A stretch of 64,000 nucleotides of DNA from Mizuhopecten yessoensis (lineage: Eukaryota): positions 3,309,898 through 3,373,897 of the forward strand of contig NW_018408465.1 in the NCBI RefSeq assembly GCF_002113885.1. The letters run 5' to 3'. The translations under genes and the position numbers were made by a program. Position 1 is the stretch's first letter, and the number at the start of each line of letters is the position of its first letter. Shown here in pieces: positions 14,739 through 29,529 of this stretch. Under the pieces are notes generated by a model. The model had not been told where the DNA came from, ran no database searches, and was given only the letters and a program-made list of their open reading frames with translations.

Positions 14739-16944
14739 AGTACATTCACGCATTTTCCTGTCATATAAACTTACGGAAAAAGTACATTGCTATGTCAAAA
14801 TCAAGGACAGTCAAGGAGTGGTTTTCTTTATGAGCAAGGAATGACACGTATAAACGTTATAGGTCCTTGTGTTACTGATTGGGTTATGACGACACATGTA
14901 AGCGCTAAAACTGTATGGGTAGGGGCATCATATTTGTTTGTGTTCTGGGTGAGGGTGGGGGTGGGGGAACTCAAGCAGAGTATAAATGCTAACGACAACA
15001 AATGATAGTTTTAAATTACTATGAGTTACCTCCATTTATCAGAGTTCATATAATTGTAAATGATATAATTAGATACTCCTAACTCTTTAGCCTGAGTGAC
15101 ATAATAAAAGTTCATATATTCCTAACTTCTCACCTGTACTGAGATACTCAGACTTCATATACTTCTAAAAGTCTCACCTGTAATTAGATAATCCTTTATA
15201 CGAGTAAAGGCAGACGAGTTAAATAGTATCACCTGCAGCCCTGTGGCAATAGTAAATTGATAAAATAAACTTTAAATTTCCATCAGTTTTTAAATCCTGC
15301 CTTAAGATAGGCTCGGTGGCTTGATTAGTAGTTATAAAGTGTACGATAGTAGTCCGCTTGTCACTACAAACATCAAGAAAGGATTTCTATCCGTGTCTAA
15401 AATTCTTATCATAAGATCATGTATATATACAGTGAATATTCTAACCATCTAGCAGTGTATAATTTACACTCTGTTTCGTCCTTATCTACTTCCTTTTTGT
15501 GTTCCATTTTTGAATAAATGAATTTAATTTCTTCAAATGCTACATTATACGAATACCGGTTTATTATGTTTAGACCAAATGATATTTGCATGGAAATATA
15601 TTTATATCCAGTCTTAATAAACGTTTTAAGTAAGACGTTTTCGCTGTCTGTCAGATATATTTTTAACTTTTATTAAGAAGTTGTAGTTTTCTACATTGTA
15701 TATACCGGTTTCTGCTAACATTATTAATTGCAATAACACTCATCCATAGACTGCACATAGGCTGGTTATCCTGGTATCGACCGAGTACAGTACTTAACTC
15801 ATGACTGAAGTAGGGACCAAATTAATCTGCACACGACTCTAGACCTGTATCGATAAAAATGAACCATAAAATCTTACAACATTTACGAGACCTGTTACCA
15901 CTTGATTTCAACTTCAGTGTTATATCTTTTTAATGGTTTATTTATTAGGTAACAAAATGCATGTAAATCAGCTATTTTAGTATGTAATAAAACTCCAAAT
16001 TATACCAAGTCAATAAAATGCCCGTGTATACACATACTAATGAAATTCTTATCAAGTTATATATTGTTTAACCATGACTTGAGGAACAGTTGTAATGGAA
16101 GGTTATAAATATACGTGGTTACCTGTCAATTACCAGATAATGGAGGTACACGTGGCATACTCATTACTCATTGAATATCACATACATTAATAAACCTACG
16201 GACTTTATTATTTTTTCTCGCTGTTTTAAGTTCCATACTTAAGGACATTTTTTTCTGGGATAAAGATTTTTTTTTTTTTTATTAAAATTTTATTCGAATG
16301 ATTAAATTGATAAATGTAGGAAGTCCCACAATGGTATGTATGACAATTAAGTCAATGGTGAAATTCTGTATCACATATACATGTGGTGTACCTACTGTGG
16401 TATTGTTGACCTGTAGTTTACCTTCATGTATTGTTTATTGTCAGTAAACATGGACATCGCGCTGTAGTTGTTACAGGTGAAATAGCACGTACCATTAACA
16501 CATAATAACCATATTAATATTTCAGTAAAGGCTGCAACAACAACACTAGTTTATCAATGCGAAGGTCCATTAACAAACAAACCCACGCTAAGCCGGCTCA
16601 CCTTATCTGCTAAAAGTGTTTGATATTCTGCTCAATGGGAAATATTACCGTTTGTAAACTTTTCACAATATCGTAGACTGTTGCAATTTCGGCATTCATA
16701 TTTGCTGCAAAAGTTTATAAGTTGACACCAAAAACGTTACAACGATACACTTAGATGTCCCAAAACTAATTGTATATTAAACTTAAACTGTGTAATCGAT
16801 GCATTGGTATATCTTACAAAATATATCAGCTATTCTATATGGTTTATTTTAGCTTACCTGAAATATATATTTGAAATACTATTTCACAAGTAAGACGGTT
16901 TCGCTATCTGTCAGATAATTTTTTAACTTCTATTAAGACTTTGT

Positions 16945-18222
16945 TTAGTTTAAACATATTTTATTGCCAAGCAAATGGATTGGGCACAAGTTATCAAACT
17001 TATATTAAGCCCTTTCCTAGCAAATTACAAGCATATATTTACAATAGTACAACAAGATGGCAGAATTAATTTACATATATACACTATTTCATTTTTAAAT
17101 GCTTTAATTTATAAATTGAAATTATAAGAGAGAGACAGAGACAGAAAAGGGGGGATGGGGAAGAGACAGGGGGGATAATAGTCTGTAATTATAATACATA
17201 CATCCTCATCATTATTAATGTATGACATATAGTATCTTCCTCTTAGAGAGAGTGGATATTATGGTTCAATTGAGAGAGAGGGAGAGAGGGGACAAGGGGG
17301 GGGGGTTACTAGAATCTGTTAGAGTCACGAATGTATTGCTGAGTATGCATGAATATCTTTATGTTTTCCTGTTCCGAAAGAGATGTATCTCCAAATAGAA
17401 GTAGATTTAAATTAAGAGGCATGCATTCATTCAGTTCACGATAAAGCTTAATTCTTTGTTCGTTATATATATCACAGGTAAAAAAGAAATGGTGTGTGTC
17501 TTCAATAGGGAAGCCACATATACAACGTTGGTAATCAATGAGGTTAACACGAAACAGGTCACTTTTCAAAGTACTAGAACGGTTTCTTAATTTTGTATGC
17601 AAAATATTATTTTTCCTATCACCATAGAAAAAGGGGTTTGGTACAAGCGGCAAGTTTACGTCTTGAATGGCGTTTCTAAATGATGAGAACGTGGCACTAC
17701 GTCGTATACTAGTAGGTAACTGGTTCCACAGTCTAACAGTAGAAGGAAAAAAGGATACGTTAGATAATTCAAGTCTGTTGTTAGGTAGGGTGTAGTTTTC
17801 AACGTTTCGAAGATTATAGTGAGAGTTATCGACAAGGGAAGGGAGTAGAGTGTTGAGATAGTTAGGGGCTATATTATTGTGGATTTTAAAAAATAATTGA
17901 AGTTTTCGACGGGATCTCCGATGGGCTAGAGAATCCCATCCAGTTTCATTGTATATAGATTGTCTACTAGTAAACGACGGTAAACCAGGGACAATACGTC
18001 CAGCTTCAAGTTGTAATTTTTCTAATTTGTCTGAATCAGTAATTGAACAACCATCCCAAAGTTCACAATAATATTCTAGAATAGGAAGTATAAATGTTCT
18101 ATATATTTTGTTCAGTGTACGCCGGTTCAGGGTATATTTCAATTTACGGAGGACACTTAATTGTTTAACTACTTTTTTTACATATATTATCAATGTGATA
18201 GGTCCATTTACAGTTAGCATTG
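16945..18222 (-). mobile_element. 5'-truncated CR1/L2-group LINE (C-terminal RT/thumb region, Cys/His motif, 3' UTR and tail)
   Basis: ORF 17309..18322 has typical LINE ORF2 C-terminal motifs (IYRTFILPILEY, LEKLQLEAGRIV, GWDSLAHRR, CICG..EDTHHFFFTC). An upstream KWTYHIDNICKK is shifted by one nt at an A-run. The tail reads aataaaatatgtttaaactaa, and a 9-bp TSD agactttgt sits at 16936-16944 and 18223-18231. Confidence 0.9.
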
Positions 18223-18927
18223 AGACTTTGTAGTTTTCTACATTGTATAAACTGTTTATTGCGCTGAACGTAAATACTGTCTGAAACGTTACATTAAGTA
18301 TCACCCTGTAGATACAGATCACGCGTTGTCAATAGGAATAAATACTACACTTCTACAATATACTCACCATGTACACCGTTGTCCGCACGATCAATTTGTT
18401 TTGATCGACGACATCTTTGTTGAATTTGGTGAAGCATAGTTTAACTGGCCATCGGTATGACAATGAGGACTAGAGATGAACCACTTCTAATCTGTGTAGC
18501 CAGGGTTTCCTACCGGAAACTCTATCAGATGTCAACCTATGAGATTTAGGGATCTTCCCAGATTAAGGACTTGTTCGTTATCTCCAATACAGACCTTCAT
18601 TTTTCCTGGGTTAGATTGATTTAGTGTTATGTTTTCTTGACGAATTGCCTTTGTTTTTTTGTGGTGAAACCAATGTTGTTTTGTGCGTTGACACTGCGAT
18701 ATATTTTGTTTTTGTGTATCGACGCTGTAGAATATTTTGTCCCGGATGTAGTGTAGTATGTCTCTGTGTAGGATGTGGTATAGATTGTTCCTATTTCTGG
18801 AGGTTCATGTTCTGGCCAATTATAATTTAAAGTGTGTATCTGTCAAATTTCGTTTTTTGTTTTATTGTTTTGTTTTTATATGTATATTCTTAATATGAAG
18901 ATCGACATGTTTGTATTCGATCGTTAA

Positions 18928-21900
18928 GGCTCACGCAGTATTGTAGCGTATGTATCGTTGTAAGACTTAGTGCCTTGATGAGCTGACGCAGTATTTTAGC
19001 GTATGTATCGTTGTATGACTTAGTGCATTGAGGAGCTCGCGCAGTATTGTAGCGTATGTATCATTGTAAGACTTAGTGCATTGAGGAGCTAACGTAGTAT
19101 TGTAGCGTATGTATCATTGTAAGACTTAGTGCATTGAGGAGCTAACGTAGTATTGTAGCGTATGTATAGTTGTAAGACTTAGTGCATTGAGGAGCTCCCG
19201 CAGTATTGTAGCGTCTGTATCGTTGTAAGACTTAGCGCATTGAGGAGCTAACACAGCATTGTAGCGTATGTATCATTGTAAGACTTAGCGCATTGAGGAG
19301 CTAACACAGTATTGTAGCGTATGTATCGTTGTTAGACTTAGTGCATTGAGGAGCTAACGTAGTATTGTAGCGTATGTATATCGTTGTAAGACTTAGTTTA
19401 TTGGGTAGCTAACGCAGTATTGTAGCAGTATTGTAGCGTATGTATATCGTTGTAAGACTTAGTGCCTTGAGGAGCTCACGCACTATTGTAGCGTATGTAT
19501 CGTTGTTAGACTTAGTGCATTGAGGAGCTCCCGCAGTATTGTAGCGTCTGTATCGTTGTAAGACTTAGTGCATTGAGGGGATTACGCAGTATTTCAACGT
19601 ATGTATCGTTGTAAGATTAGTGCACTGGGGAGCTAACGCAGTATTGTTGCGTATGTATCGTTGTAAGGCTTAGTGTATTGAGGAGCTCACGCAGTATTGA
19701 AGCGTATGTATCGTTGTAAGACTTAGCGCATTGATGAGCTGACGCAGTATTTTAGCGTATGTATCGTTGTATGACTTAGTGCATTGAGGAGCTAACGTAG
19801 TATTGTAGCGTATGTATCGTTGTTAGACTTAGTGCATTGAGGAGCTAACGTAGTATTGTAGCGTATGTATAGTTGTAAGACTTAGTGCATTGAGGAGCTC
19901 CCGCAGTATTGTAGCGTCTGTATCGTTGTAAGACTTAGTGCCTTGAGGAGCTCACGCACTATTGTAGCGTATGTATCGTTGTACGACTTAGTGCATTGAG
20001 GAGCTCGCGCAGTATTGTAGCGTATGTACCGTTGTAAGACTTAGTTCATTGGGTACCTAACGCAGTATTGTAGCGGATGTATCGTTGTATGACTTAGTGC
20101 ATTGAGGAGCTAACGTAGTATTGTAGCGTATGTATCATTGTAAGACTTAGTGCATTGAGGGGATTACGCAGTATTTCAACGTATGTATCGTTGTAAGACT
20201 TAGTTCATTGGGTAGCTAACGCAGTATTGTAGCGTATGTATCATTGTAAGACTTAGTGCATTGATGAGCTGACGCAGTATTGTAGCGTATGTATCGTTGT
20301 AAGACTTAGTGCATTGAAGAGCTAACACAGCGTTGTAGCGTATGTATCGTTGTAAGACTTAGCGCATTGAGGAGCTCACGCAGTATTTCAGCGTATGTAT
20401 CGTTGTAAGACTTAGGGCATTGAGGAGCTAACACAGTATTGGAGCGTATGTATCGTTGTAAGACTTAGCGCATTGAGGAGCTCACGCAGTATTGAAGCGT
20501 ATGTATCGTTGTAAGACTTAGGGCATTGAGGAGCTAACACAGTATTGTAGCGTATGTATCGTTGTAAGACTTAGTGCATTGAAGAGCTAACACAGCATTG
20601 TAGCGTATGTATCGTTGTAAGACTTAGTGCATTCAGGAGCGAACGCAGTATTGTAGCGTATGTATCGTTGTAAGACTTAGTGCATTGAAGAGCTAACACA
20701 GCATCGTAGCGTATGTATCGTTGTAAGACTAAGTGCATTGAGGAGCTAACGCAGTATTGCAGCGTATGTATCGTTGTAAGAATAAGTGCATTCAGGAGCT
20801 CACGCATTATTCTAGCGTATGTAGCGTTGTAAGACTTAGTGCATTGAGGAGATCACACAGTATTGTAGCGTATGTATCATTGTAAGACTTAGTGCATTGA
20901 GGAGATCACACAGTATTGTAGCGTATGTATCATTGTAAGACTTAGTGCATTGAGGAGCTAACGCAGTATTGTAGCGTATGTATCGTTGTAAGAATAAGTG
21001 CATTCAGGAGCTCACGCAGTATTGTAGCGTATGTATCGTTGTAAGACTTAGTGCATTGAGGAGCTAACGAAGTATTGTAGCGTATGTATCGTTGTATGAC
21101 TTAGTGCATTGAGGAGCTCACGCAGAATTGTAGCGTATGTATCGTTGTAAGACTAAGTGCATTGGGGAGCTCACGCAGTATTGTAGCGTATGTATCGATG
21201 TAAGACTTAGTGCATTGAGGAGCTGACGCAGTATTGTAGCGTATGTATCGTGGTAAGACTTAGTGCATTGAGGAGCTCACGCAGAATTGTAGCGTATGTA
21301 TCGTTGTAAGAATAAGTGCATTCAGGAGCTCACGCAGTTTGTAGCGTATGTATCGTTGTAAGAATAAGTGCATTCAGGAGCTCACGCAGTTTGTAGCGTA
21401 TGTATCGTTGTAAGAATAAGTGCATTCAGGAGCTCACGCAGTTTGTAGCGTATGTATCGTTGTAAGAATAAGTGCATTCAGGAGCTCACGCAGTTTGTAG
21501 CGTATGTATCGTTGTAAGACTCAGTGCATTGAGGAGCTCACGCAGTATGGTAGCGTATGTATCGTTGTAAGACTAAGTGCATTGGGGAGCTCACGCAGGA
21601 TTGTAGCGTATGTATCGTTGTAAGAATAAGTGCATTCAGGAGCTCACGCAGTTTGTAGCGTATGTATCGTTGTAAGAATAAGTGCATTCAGGAGCTCACG
21701 CAGTTTGTAGCGTATGTATCGTTGTAAGACTAAGTGCATTGGGGAGCTCACGCAGTATTGTAGCGTACGTATCGTTGTAAGACTTAGTGCATTGGGGAGC
21801 TCACGCAGTATTGTAGCGTACGTATCGTTGTAAGACTTAGTGCATTCAGGAGCTCACGCAGTATTGTAGCGTATGTATCGATGTAAGACTTAGTGCATTG

Positions 21901-22112
21901 AGGAGCTAACACAGCATTGTAGCGTATGTATCGTTGTAAGACTCAGTGCATTGAGGAGCTCACGCAGTATGGTAGCGTATGTATCGTTGTAAGACTCAGT
22001 GCATTGAGGAGCTCACGCAGTATGGTAGCGTATGTATCGTTGTAAGACTAAGTGCATTGGGGAGCTCACGCAGTATTGTAGCGTATGTATCGTTGTAAGA
22101 CTTAGTGCATTG
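18928..22112. repeat. 53-bp satellite array, ~60 copies (gagctcacgcagtattgtagcgtatgtatcgttgtaagacttagtgcattgag)
   Basis: Period is 53 (e.g. 19033 to 19086), and variant units cluster locally. Confidence 0.97.
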
Positions 22113-23226
22113 CGGTATATATGGGTTTGTTTAAATGTAATCTCGTAATGCCTTAACAAACCGTCAAGTGGATTAGCTTATCTAAACAAAACGACATTCT
22201 TACGTGTCCATTACAGCAACACTGTATTTTTCTTGTGTTTCCATGCGTCTTTGAAAGTCGTTAGGGTATTGACAACTTCGCGACTTAAGCTGTGAGAATT
22301 GATTTCTTAAGATAATAGTAGGAGTGCCCTGATTGTACACGAGGACAATGATAAGTGTTTACTGGTATGTGTAAGGCGATATTTAAACTGCTACCTTGAA
22401 CTCCAAGTGCCTGTATTGTTACGATATATACTCGACATGGGATAACCTGTCGTTCCTACGTTTAATTTCTGTGGGTTTGTTGTGATCGATACAGACACGA
22501 GATCGAGACTTGCTCACTTTTTGGAGTTCTTTGTAACTTAGACACAGGGCGGGATATATATGTTCGGGGTAGAAACACACGAAGACTAGAACAAGTCAAC
22601 CGTATTTTATATCTATAAAAGGATCAATGGAGGCAAAGGTAGAGAATGGTCACGCTTGAAAGACGCCGATTAAAATTAGAAAGCCGACAATTGATAAGCA
22701 CATTACCATTTTAGTTAACGTCGTCGGTCAAGACTCTTTATAATAATGAACTGTTTAATTTCGCAAGACGTCGGGGTTAGACAACTGTTTGTTTAGAGGG
22801 GCTCCTGCATAGTGACAGTGTTGTGTGTGATAGCGCCTTGTGTTTTCTAAACCGAGGATGGGCAGCCAGTGCTATATCCGGACCGTGTCGAGTTTCTGGT
22901 AAAGCAGAAAAGGTCAAACAATGTATACCATCAGTTTACTTTCAATAACCACTGTGGTGTCATGGGAATTTCTAAGTAGTTTTAACATTTGTGCCTAATG
23001 AAGGATTCGGTATTAATGGCACAGTGTGTGTAAATGTTTAGCTGAAGGAACAGACGGAATTCACTTCAAAATGGAAACGGCAATGAGGAGTAACGAAAGT
23101 TCAAAAGGATTGAAGGTTTTATCATTTCTACTACTTAGGGAGTGACTGTTGTCGTAAGAAATTGGATGTTTTGATTTGTTGCCCGTTGACGACTACATTT
23201 AACTGACTAATTTACAAACCTGAGAC

Positions 23227-23289
23227 ATGGAGAGAGCAGAGAGCATGTTTTTGCTGCCTCAGCTACATGTGACAGGCTTCAAAGTTATC
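23227..23289 (+). CDS. Candidate alternative first coding exon B of the NWD gene (MERAESMFLLPQLHVTGFKVI)
   Basis: Good start context (gacATGG), ends ATC|gtaagt in phase 0, compatible with the exon at 33047. Confidence 0.5.
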
Positions 23290-26200
23290 GTAAGTACCAC
23301 AACCAAACCGCAAAACCACCGTAGAATGTGATTTTTACGGGAGATGATTATTTTGTATTTATTTTCTTTATATTTTTATTTAAGCTGATAATGTTGATCC
23401 ATTTGGTGGTAGGCCAACACTCACAGATTAATAGTTATCGGTTCTAGTGGATTATCATATAAGATTTTAAGCAGTTTTAGGGTAATAAGCAATTAAACAT
23501 ATATAACAGAGGATAACTTAAAGCCATGTTGATATAAACTCTTCATAATGTATTATTTTGCAGCCGATGATTTTCTATCTTGGAATCCATCGGTAAATTT
23601 TTACATAGTTATTTGATGAATTTGATAGTAATATCATAAAGAATTTTATGATAATAGTGCTATTTATGAACATTAATTTAACATTTCATCTCATTCATTA
23701 TTTTGGATTTCCTCTTACAAACTTTCGCCATTTAATTTCGTTCAGTAACAATTTCATACCTAAAAGCTATTTAATTACATTTGTACCATTTAAGAAAACC
23801 TCTATGTGTAAATGTAGCTTCTTTGATTCATTGTCGTCAGATTAACTCATGTAATATTGGTGTCCATCTTATACATTATACCTTTCAAGTCAATTATGTT
23901 ACGTAATGAGATTAACTGGTCTTACCAAGTATGACACTTAAGTCTCGGACAAAGGACAGGCTAATTGCCTTACCTGTTCGGGTACTCACCAGTCAGAATA
24001 GAGAGATAAGTGACAGCTGTCGATCAAATTAACTTTATTGTGTTAATTGTCAATGTATCACGGTTCTACATGTTTTGGTAATCAGTTAGGAGCTAGGCAT
24101 CGGACTGTACAGGTGTGTTTTTGGATACTCAAGAAATCATCCACCGACCTAGAGAAAGTTATTTTAATAAATTTATATTTGGACCATACAACATCTCCAG
24201 AATTTTTACTTTTCAAATTTTATAACAATACCCCACAAAAGTGTTGTTATAGTAATGTAAATCCACACCGTATTCTATCTTTTTCAGTCTGTTATTAATT
24301 TGACGAATTTTAGTGTAATGTAAGACCACACCGTCTTCTGTCTTTCCTACTCTATACTGTATTTATGTTAAAAAAAAATCATTACTTAAATGTGTATGGA
24401 CATCTAATTAGGAAATCCGTTAATTTCAAAATAATATCATGTGATAGGTTGCTTGATTATAGCAGTCGATAACAACGTTTGGTTTAACTTTATAGTACAA
24501 CACAAATTCACAAGATACGGATATTCACCAAGGATTAAAAAAGTACGAAACTAATGTAAATCTGTCTCAAATTAAAAACATATAAGTAGGAAGTTCCAGG
24601 CCAGTTCGGGAAAAGAGAAAGAAATAAGAGATAAAAGGAGGAGGAACAGAAAGTATGCTAGAAAAAGACAGAGGAACTCATGCATGCCATTTTATTAACC
24701 CCATTTACTTATATGACAGTCTAGGCACACCGCAATGAACTAAGCGGTATAAGATTATACGATTTATATTCCATTTTAGAGAAAAGATTATAATCACAGA
24801 ATAATTACCCCTCATTTGGGGAAAAATTGTTATTTTCGTTTTAATACCCGACAACGTTTACCTGTTCAGTCATGACAAGCAGGTAATCTTAGGCAAATCT
24901 ACGTTTTGATTAACAATTTAAATACCACCGAACAACACGTTATTTACTCTTTCATGTCTGATAAGTGTTGTGTAATGTTACTCCTTATAAAACTTGTCTG
25001 GCTTGTTTCAATTACGTGTACAAATACGGACACGCTACAGTCCCAATACCTTCTACTCATATTGGACAATAGACACACCTGCGTACATTTATTGAAATGT
25101 TATTTCACTTAATGTAAAATAATTCTCCATTCAAAAGTAAATACTGTGTTAATTGTAAAATATGTAATATAGTTTCCTGTATAACAATAAAGGATGTAAG
25201 ATAATATTTTGTATCACAATTAAATAATGTAAAATACATTTTTGTATTAAGAAGAAAGGATGTAAAATACGACATTTTTCTACAAGTAATGACTTCAAAT
25301 ATAATCTGATACTGCAAGTGGATAATGTAATATAAAACTATGTATTACCAGTAAATGGTGTTAAACAATTTTCTGTGTTACTATTCCGAACGTTATATAA
25401 TATATAATAAATAACGTAAAGTAATATTGTGTTCAACCTGCAAGTAGTTGATACAAAATTAAACAGCACGACAGGAGTATTTACATATTTCATGTGTGTT
25501 ATCTAACTTCAAATTATTTTATATTTAGAAACTATTATCTGTAATTGGCTTTTTACAGTTTTAATATAGAACGACACTTTCTGTTACGCACATAAATATT
25601 AAGTTTAGATAAAAAGACTCGATAGATGTATCACACAGAAATTTTGTGATAAATTAGCGCTGAAATTAATTGTGTAAATAATTGCTTATTCATGAAAAAA
25701 AATAATCTTACCATCTATTATTAAATTTATATTTCGAATTGTCCTTATCTAACAACTCAAGTGCGAATTAATGCAAAACACGTTTATATGACATTTAGAC
25801 AGAATTTGGCTATATACGTGTGGCATTATCCTCAATTGTAATTACTGTATATCCTTTGTGACATTTGAGATAAGACTCATGTGTGAAGTTTGTATATCCC
25901 TAAGTACGTACTCTCTGTAAACTTACTTTCATAAAGCATTACCTTTGTCCATCACATTACGCAACATTACGCAACAGGATTAGTGTAATATCCTTTACCT
26001 CGTGGACACTGACCACGGGTAATTGATCTAACAATTAGCGACACCTGTCACTTAAACCTCAGGTACCTTTATTGTACGTACATGTATTTAACTGTGATAT
26101 GTTGTATTGTAAATCAGTTAGGTTCTAGACTCTGTACGGAACACATCGGGTTTATTTTGGACACCCCAGTATATCCCGCCGTCAAGTCAAAAGTTATCTC

Positions 26201-27330
26201 TTATTAAAGTTCAAAGTTAAACTTTAATCAACTCTTACGTCATCATTTCAACAAGACAAAACGTGCAGAAAAACCTTATGTTAGATGTAACATTTACGTA
26301 TAGAATCACTTCTCCTCTTGGTGTGCACCTTCTTATAACACTTGTCTGGATCGTTTCGTTTAATACCTTCAACTCATATTAGACAATAGTCACACCTGTG
26401 TATTTGATGCAAAATAATATATTGTATTACAAGTACTGACTTAGATAAACAGTTTACAGGGTAGTGCAGCAGGTCTCATACACGGATCCCGATAAATGTT
26501 TCTGATATATATGATATATAAAACGTTTTAGGATAATTGTTAGAGAATATATCGATATCCCGGACATGATATAGAAATCCTACCATAATAAATACATGGT
26601 GCATTATCTGTAAACTTTTCTAAACATTTCTATTCAGATAATCAAAAAAATGGCGTCGAATATATACCATAAGTACCATTGAACTAAATTCGAAGGACAT
26701 TTACATAATACTAATTTATATAATGACATGTATAACAAAGCTATTCTTTATAATGAAGCTGTTGCATAGGAATACGTAAATAGTTTTAAATTGCTAGTTG
26801 AAAACATGTCACATGTCAGAATAGTTTACAAACTGTAATTCAATATTAAATGTCGTTTAGTCTGTATTCATAGTGGGCGCGTACTGTTTAGTGTACTACT
26901 ATACGTGGCTATATACACTGTCGTTAACTACCACCTGGGTTATATATGAAGTGTTTGTGCATATCAGGAATTTGTTAAAGTGTTTTGTTATATACAGGGA
27001 CTCGATATTGATGATCAGTATGAAGTTACGCAATTTTAATGTAAGCATGCGTGTAAAGTTTATATACCTGTATGAAGATCTGAATTCTATTTCTCATAAA
27101 ACTTGTATATGTATGGGTGAAATAGCTTCCTGTAGTCAGAATAATCCTCTTTTTGTTATAGTTACTTCTTTGAAGTTATTTGAAATGCTTTTAAGGTACA
27201 CCGTACTAATTAGCTAATTGTCTTGATGATATATTACTCTAAAAGCATTTCACCACCTGGAACCTGTAGAGTTGGTATAGAGATTAACTTATCGTATTAC
27301 CTTATGATATATGTCTACTCTACAAACACA

Positions 27331-28050
27331 GTGTATCAATATGAATGATTGTCACAAGATAGTGCGGTAATATATTACAGACAGTATATCATTATGTGTG
27401 ATTATCACAAGATAGTGCGGTAATATACTACAGATAGGGTATCAATATGTGTGATTATCACAAGATAGTGCGGTAATATATTACAGACAGCGTATCAATA
27501 TGTGTGATTACCACAAGATAGTGCGGTAATATGCTACAAATTGTGTATCAATATGAGTGATTACCACAAGATAGTGCGGTAATACGCTACAAATTAAGTA
27601 TCAATATGAGTGATTATCACAACATAGTGCGGTAATACGCTACAAATTGTGTATCAATATGAGTGATTATCACAACATAGTGAGGTAATATGCTTCGAAT
27701 TGTGTATCAATATGAGTGATTACCACAAGATAGTGCGGTAATATGCTATAAATTGTGTATCAATATGAGGGATTATCACAGGATAGTGCGGTAATATGCT
27801 ACGTATTGTGTATCAATATGAGTGATTACCACAACATAGTGCGGTAATACGCTACAAATTGTGTATCAATATGAGTGATTATCACAACATAGTGAGGTAA
27901 TATGCTACGAATTGTGTATCAATATGAGTGATTACCACAAGATAGTGCGGTAATATACTACAAACTGTGCATCAATTTGAGTGATTATCACAAGATAGTG
28001 AGGTAATATACTGCAGACAGCGTATTAATGTATGTGATTATCACAAGACA
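27331..28050. repeat. 53-bp minisatellite, ~13 copies (gtatcaatatgagtgattatcacaagatagtgcggtaatatgctacaaattgt)
   Basis: Period is 53 (27361 to 27414). Confidence 0.95.
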
Positions 28051-28764
28051 ATAAGGCTTAGAAGGATCGGATCAACTGGCACTCGCTTCGTTTTGTAATA
28101 CTACAGACGACCTTGACATTCCGCCATCAATAATTAAGTGTACGAGTATTGCTGCCTACGGAGTTGCAACATGTCGTGTGGTTCGTAACCAGTGAACATC
28201 TCGTCTCGTGATATTGTTTTTACAGGCGTCCATTAATTATGTCGTGACAAAACGTTGTTTGTATGAATGAATAATTTCTCATGCAACGTAGTAAAACATA
28301 CTCAAGATGGCAAGTTGGAACGGTGACATCTGAATTACTTAATAATGCAATATTTCAATCGCATTTTAATGATTCAAAGGATCGACCAAAATCTCATCCT
28401 CATTATTGAAATAGTAAATAACATTAACGGCTACACAGGATATGATACATGGTGAAACGTTTGTTCTGTTATTGAGCAATCAAACCCGTTATATAACGTT
28501 CTCACACTAAAAGGAATTATCTTTCTGACTTAAAATTCCTTTTTTTGGATAAAACTGGCTTTTAACTTGTTCCTACTGATATATTTTTATTTGACAATGC
28601 AATGTTAACACAGTTGTCAAAACGTACTTCATTACATATGATAATAAAACATGCTTTAGTATGGATGATTAATAGCCTTCTACAATAACAATATGTAATA
28701 TTCCCCTGTTGTTTACGTATGTTGTTTATAAAGTTCAGTGTCACAAATTGATTGTATGTAATCA

Positions 28765-29480
28765 AGTTTTCATTTTTTTTTTATATTTCCGAATGCAACA
28801 CAGCCTATAGGTTAATGTATACATAGAACACAAAACATGTTTTAATTTTCAATATGGCGGAGGACAATTACATATAAGCATTTATCACATAAAAAAGAAT
28901 ACATACTTTAGCAATACTACTGCACGAGGGTTTTTCTTTTGGCGGTAGCATATTTTAAATAAATACCCCATCTACGTAACTTTTTTAATATTTTTTACAT
29001 GACAATAATTCAATTAATTTCTACACACTGGGGCGTCGGTAGTAATATTGCTTAATGTATGTGTTTTTCAGTATAGAATAAGCAGGAAAAATAAGAATAA
29101 AATGTATCTCATCTTCTATATCATATTTGTCGCAAGCTAAACATATTCTTTGACCTCTCGGAACCCCATTATAACGTCCAGATTCGATGTTAAGGAAATG
29201 CGCCTGCATGCGATACTGACTGAACAATGTTTTGGTAATAGAAGTTAAAGGCTTTGCTAAATAGAATTGGATATTAAAAGTATCGACAAGATGCCTATAT
29301 AAATAACATTTAGAAGATGTTTCGAATGCATCATGTAATTCTTGAATAAATATGTCATGCAGACGTTGAGTATACATTTCCATACAGCTTTTTTCACTTT
29401 GAACATATTGAACATCCCAGATATGATTAAAACCCATTCTATATAAATCATGTTTAACATGATGTACCCAATTAAGTTGT
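28765..29480 (-). mobile_element. Degenerate 3' fragment of a non-LTR retrotransposon ORF2 plus 3' UTR
   Basis: ORF 29021..29542 contains NWVHHVKHDL..GF..IW, L.IESGRY..VPRGQRIC..C....EDEIHFIL and YYRRPS, typical of LINE ORF2 C-termini. An A-rich tail lies near 28770-28782 on the minus strand. Confidence 0.8.
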
Positions 29481-29529
29481 AACCGTAATAACCATATCAC
29501 CTGTTGTTTATGAATATTGTTTGTCGTTA

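Noticed and set aside
18223-18322. N-terminal part of ORF 17309..18322
   Set aside because: It lies outside the LINE TSD, so it is chance read-through into flanking DNA.
18928-22112. Regular repeat array as a CRISPR array
   Set aside because: The units are contiguous with no unique spacers, there are no cas genes, and the context is eukaryotic.
24985-26450. Diverged local duplication (aatacctt..actcatatt.gacaatag.cacacctg at ~25046 and ~26362)
   Set aside because: Real but short and degenerate, with no sign of function.
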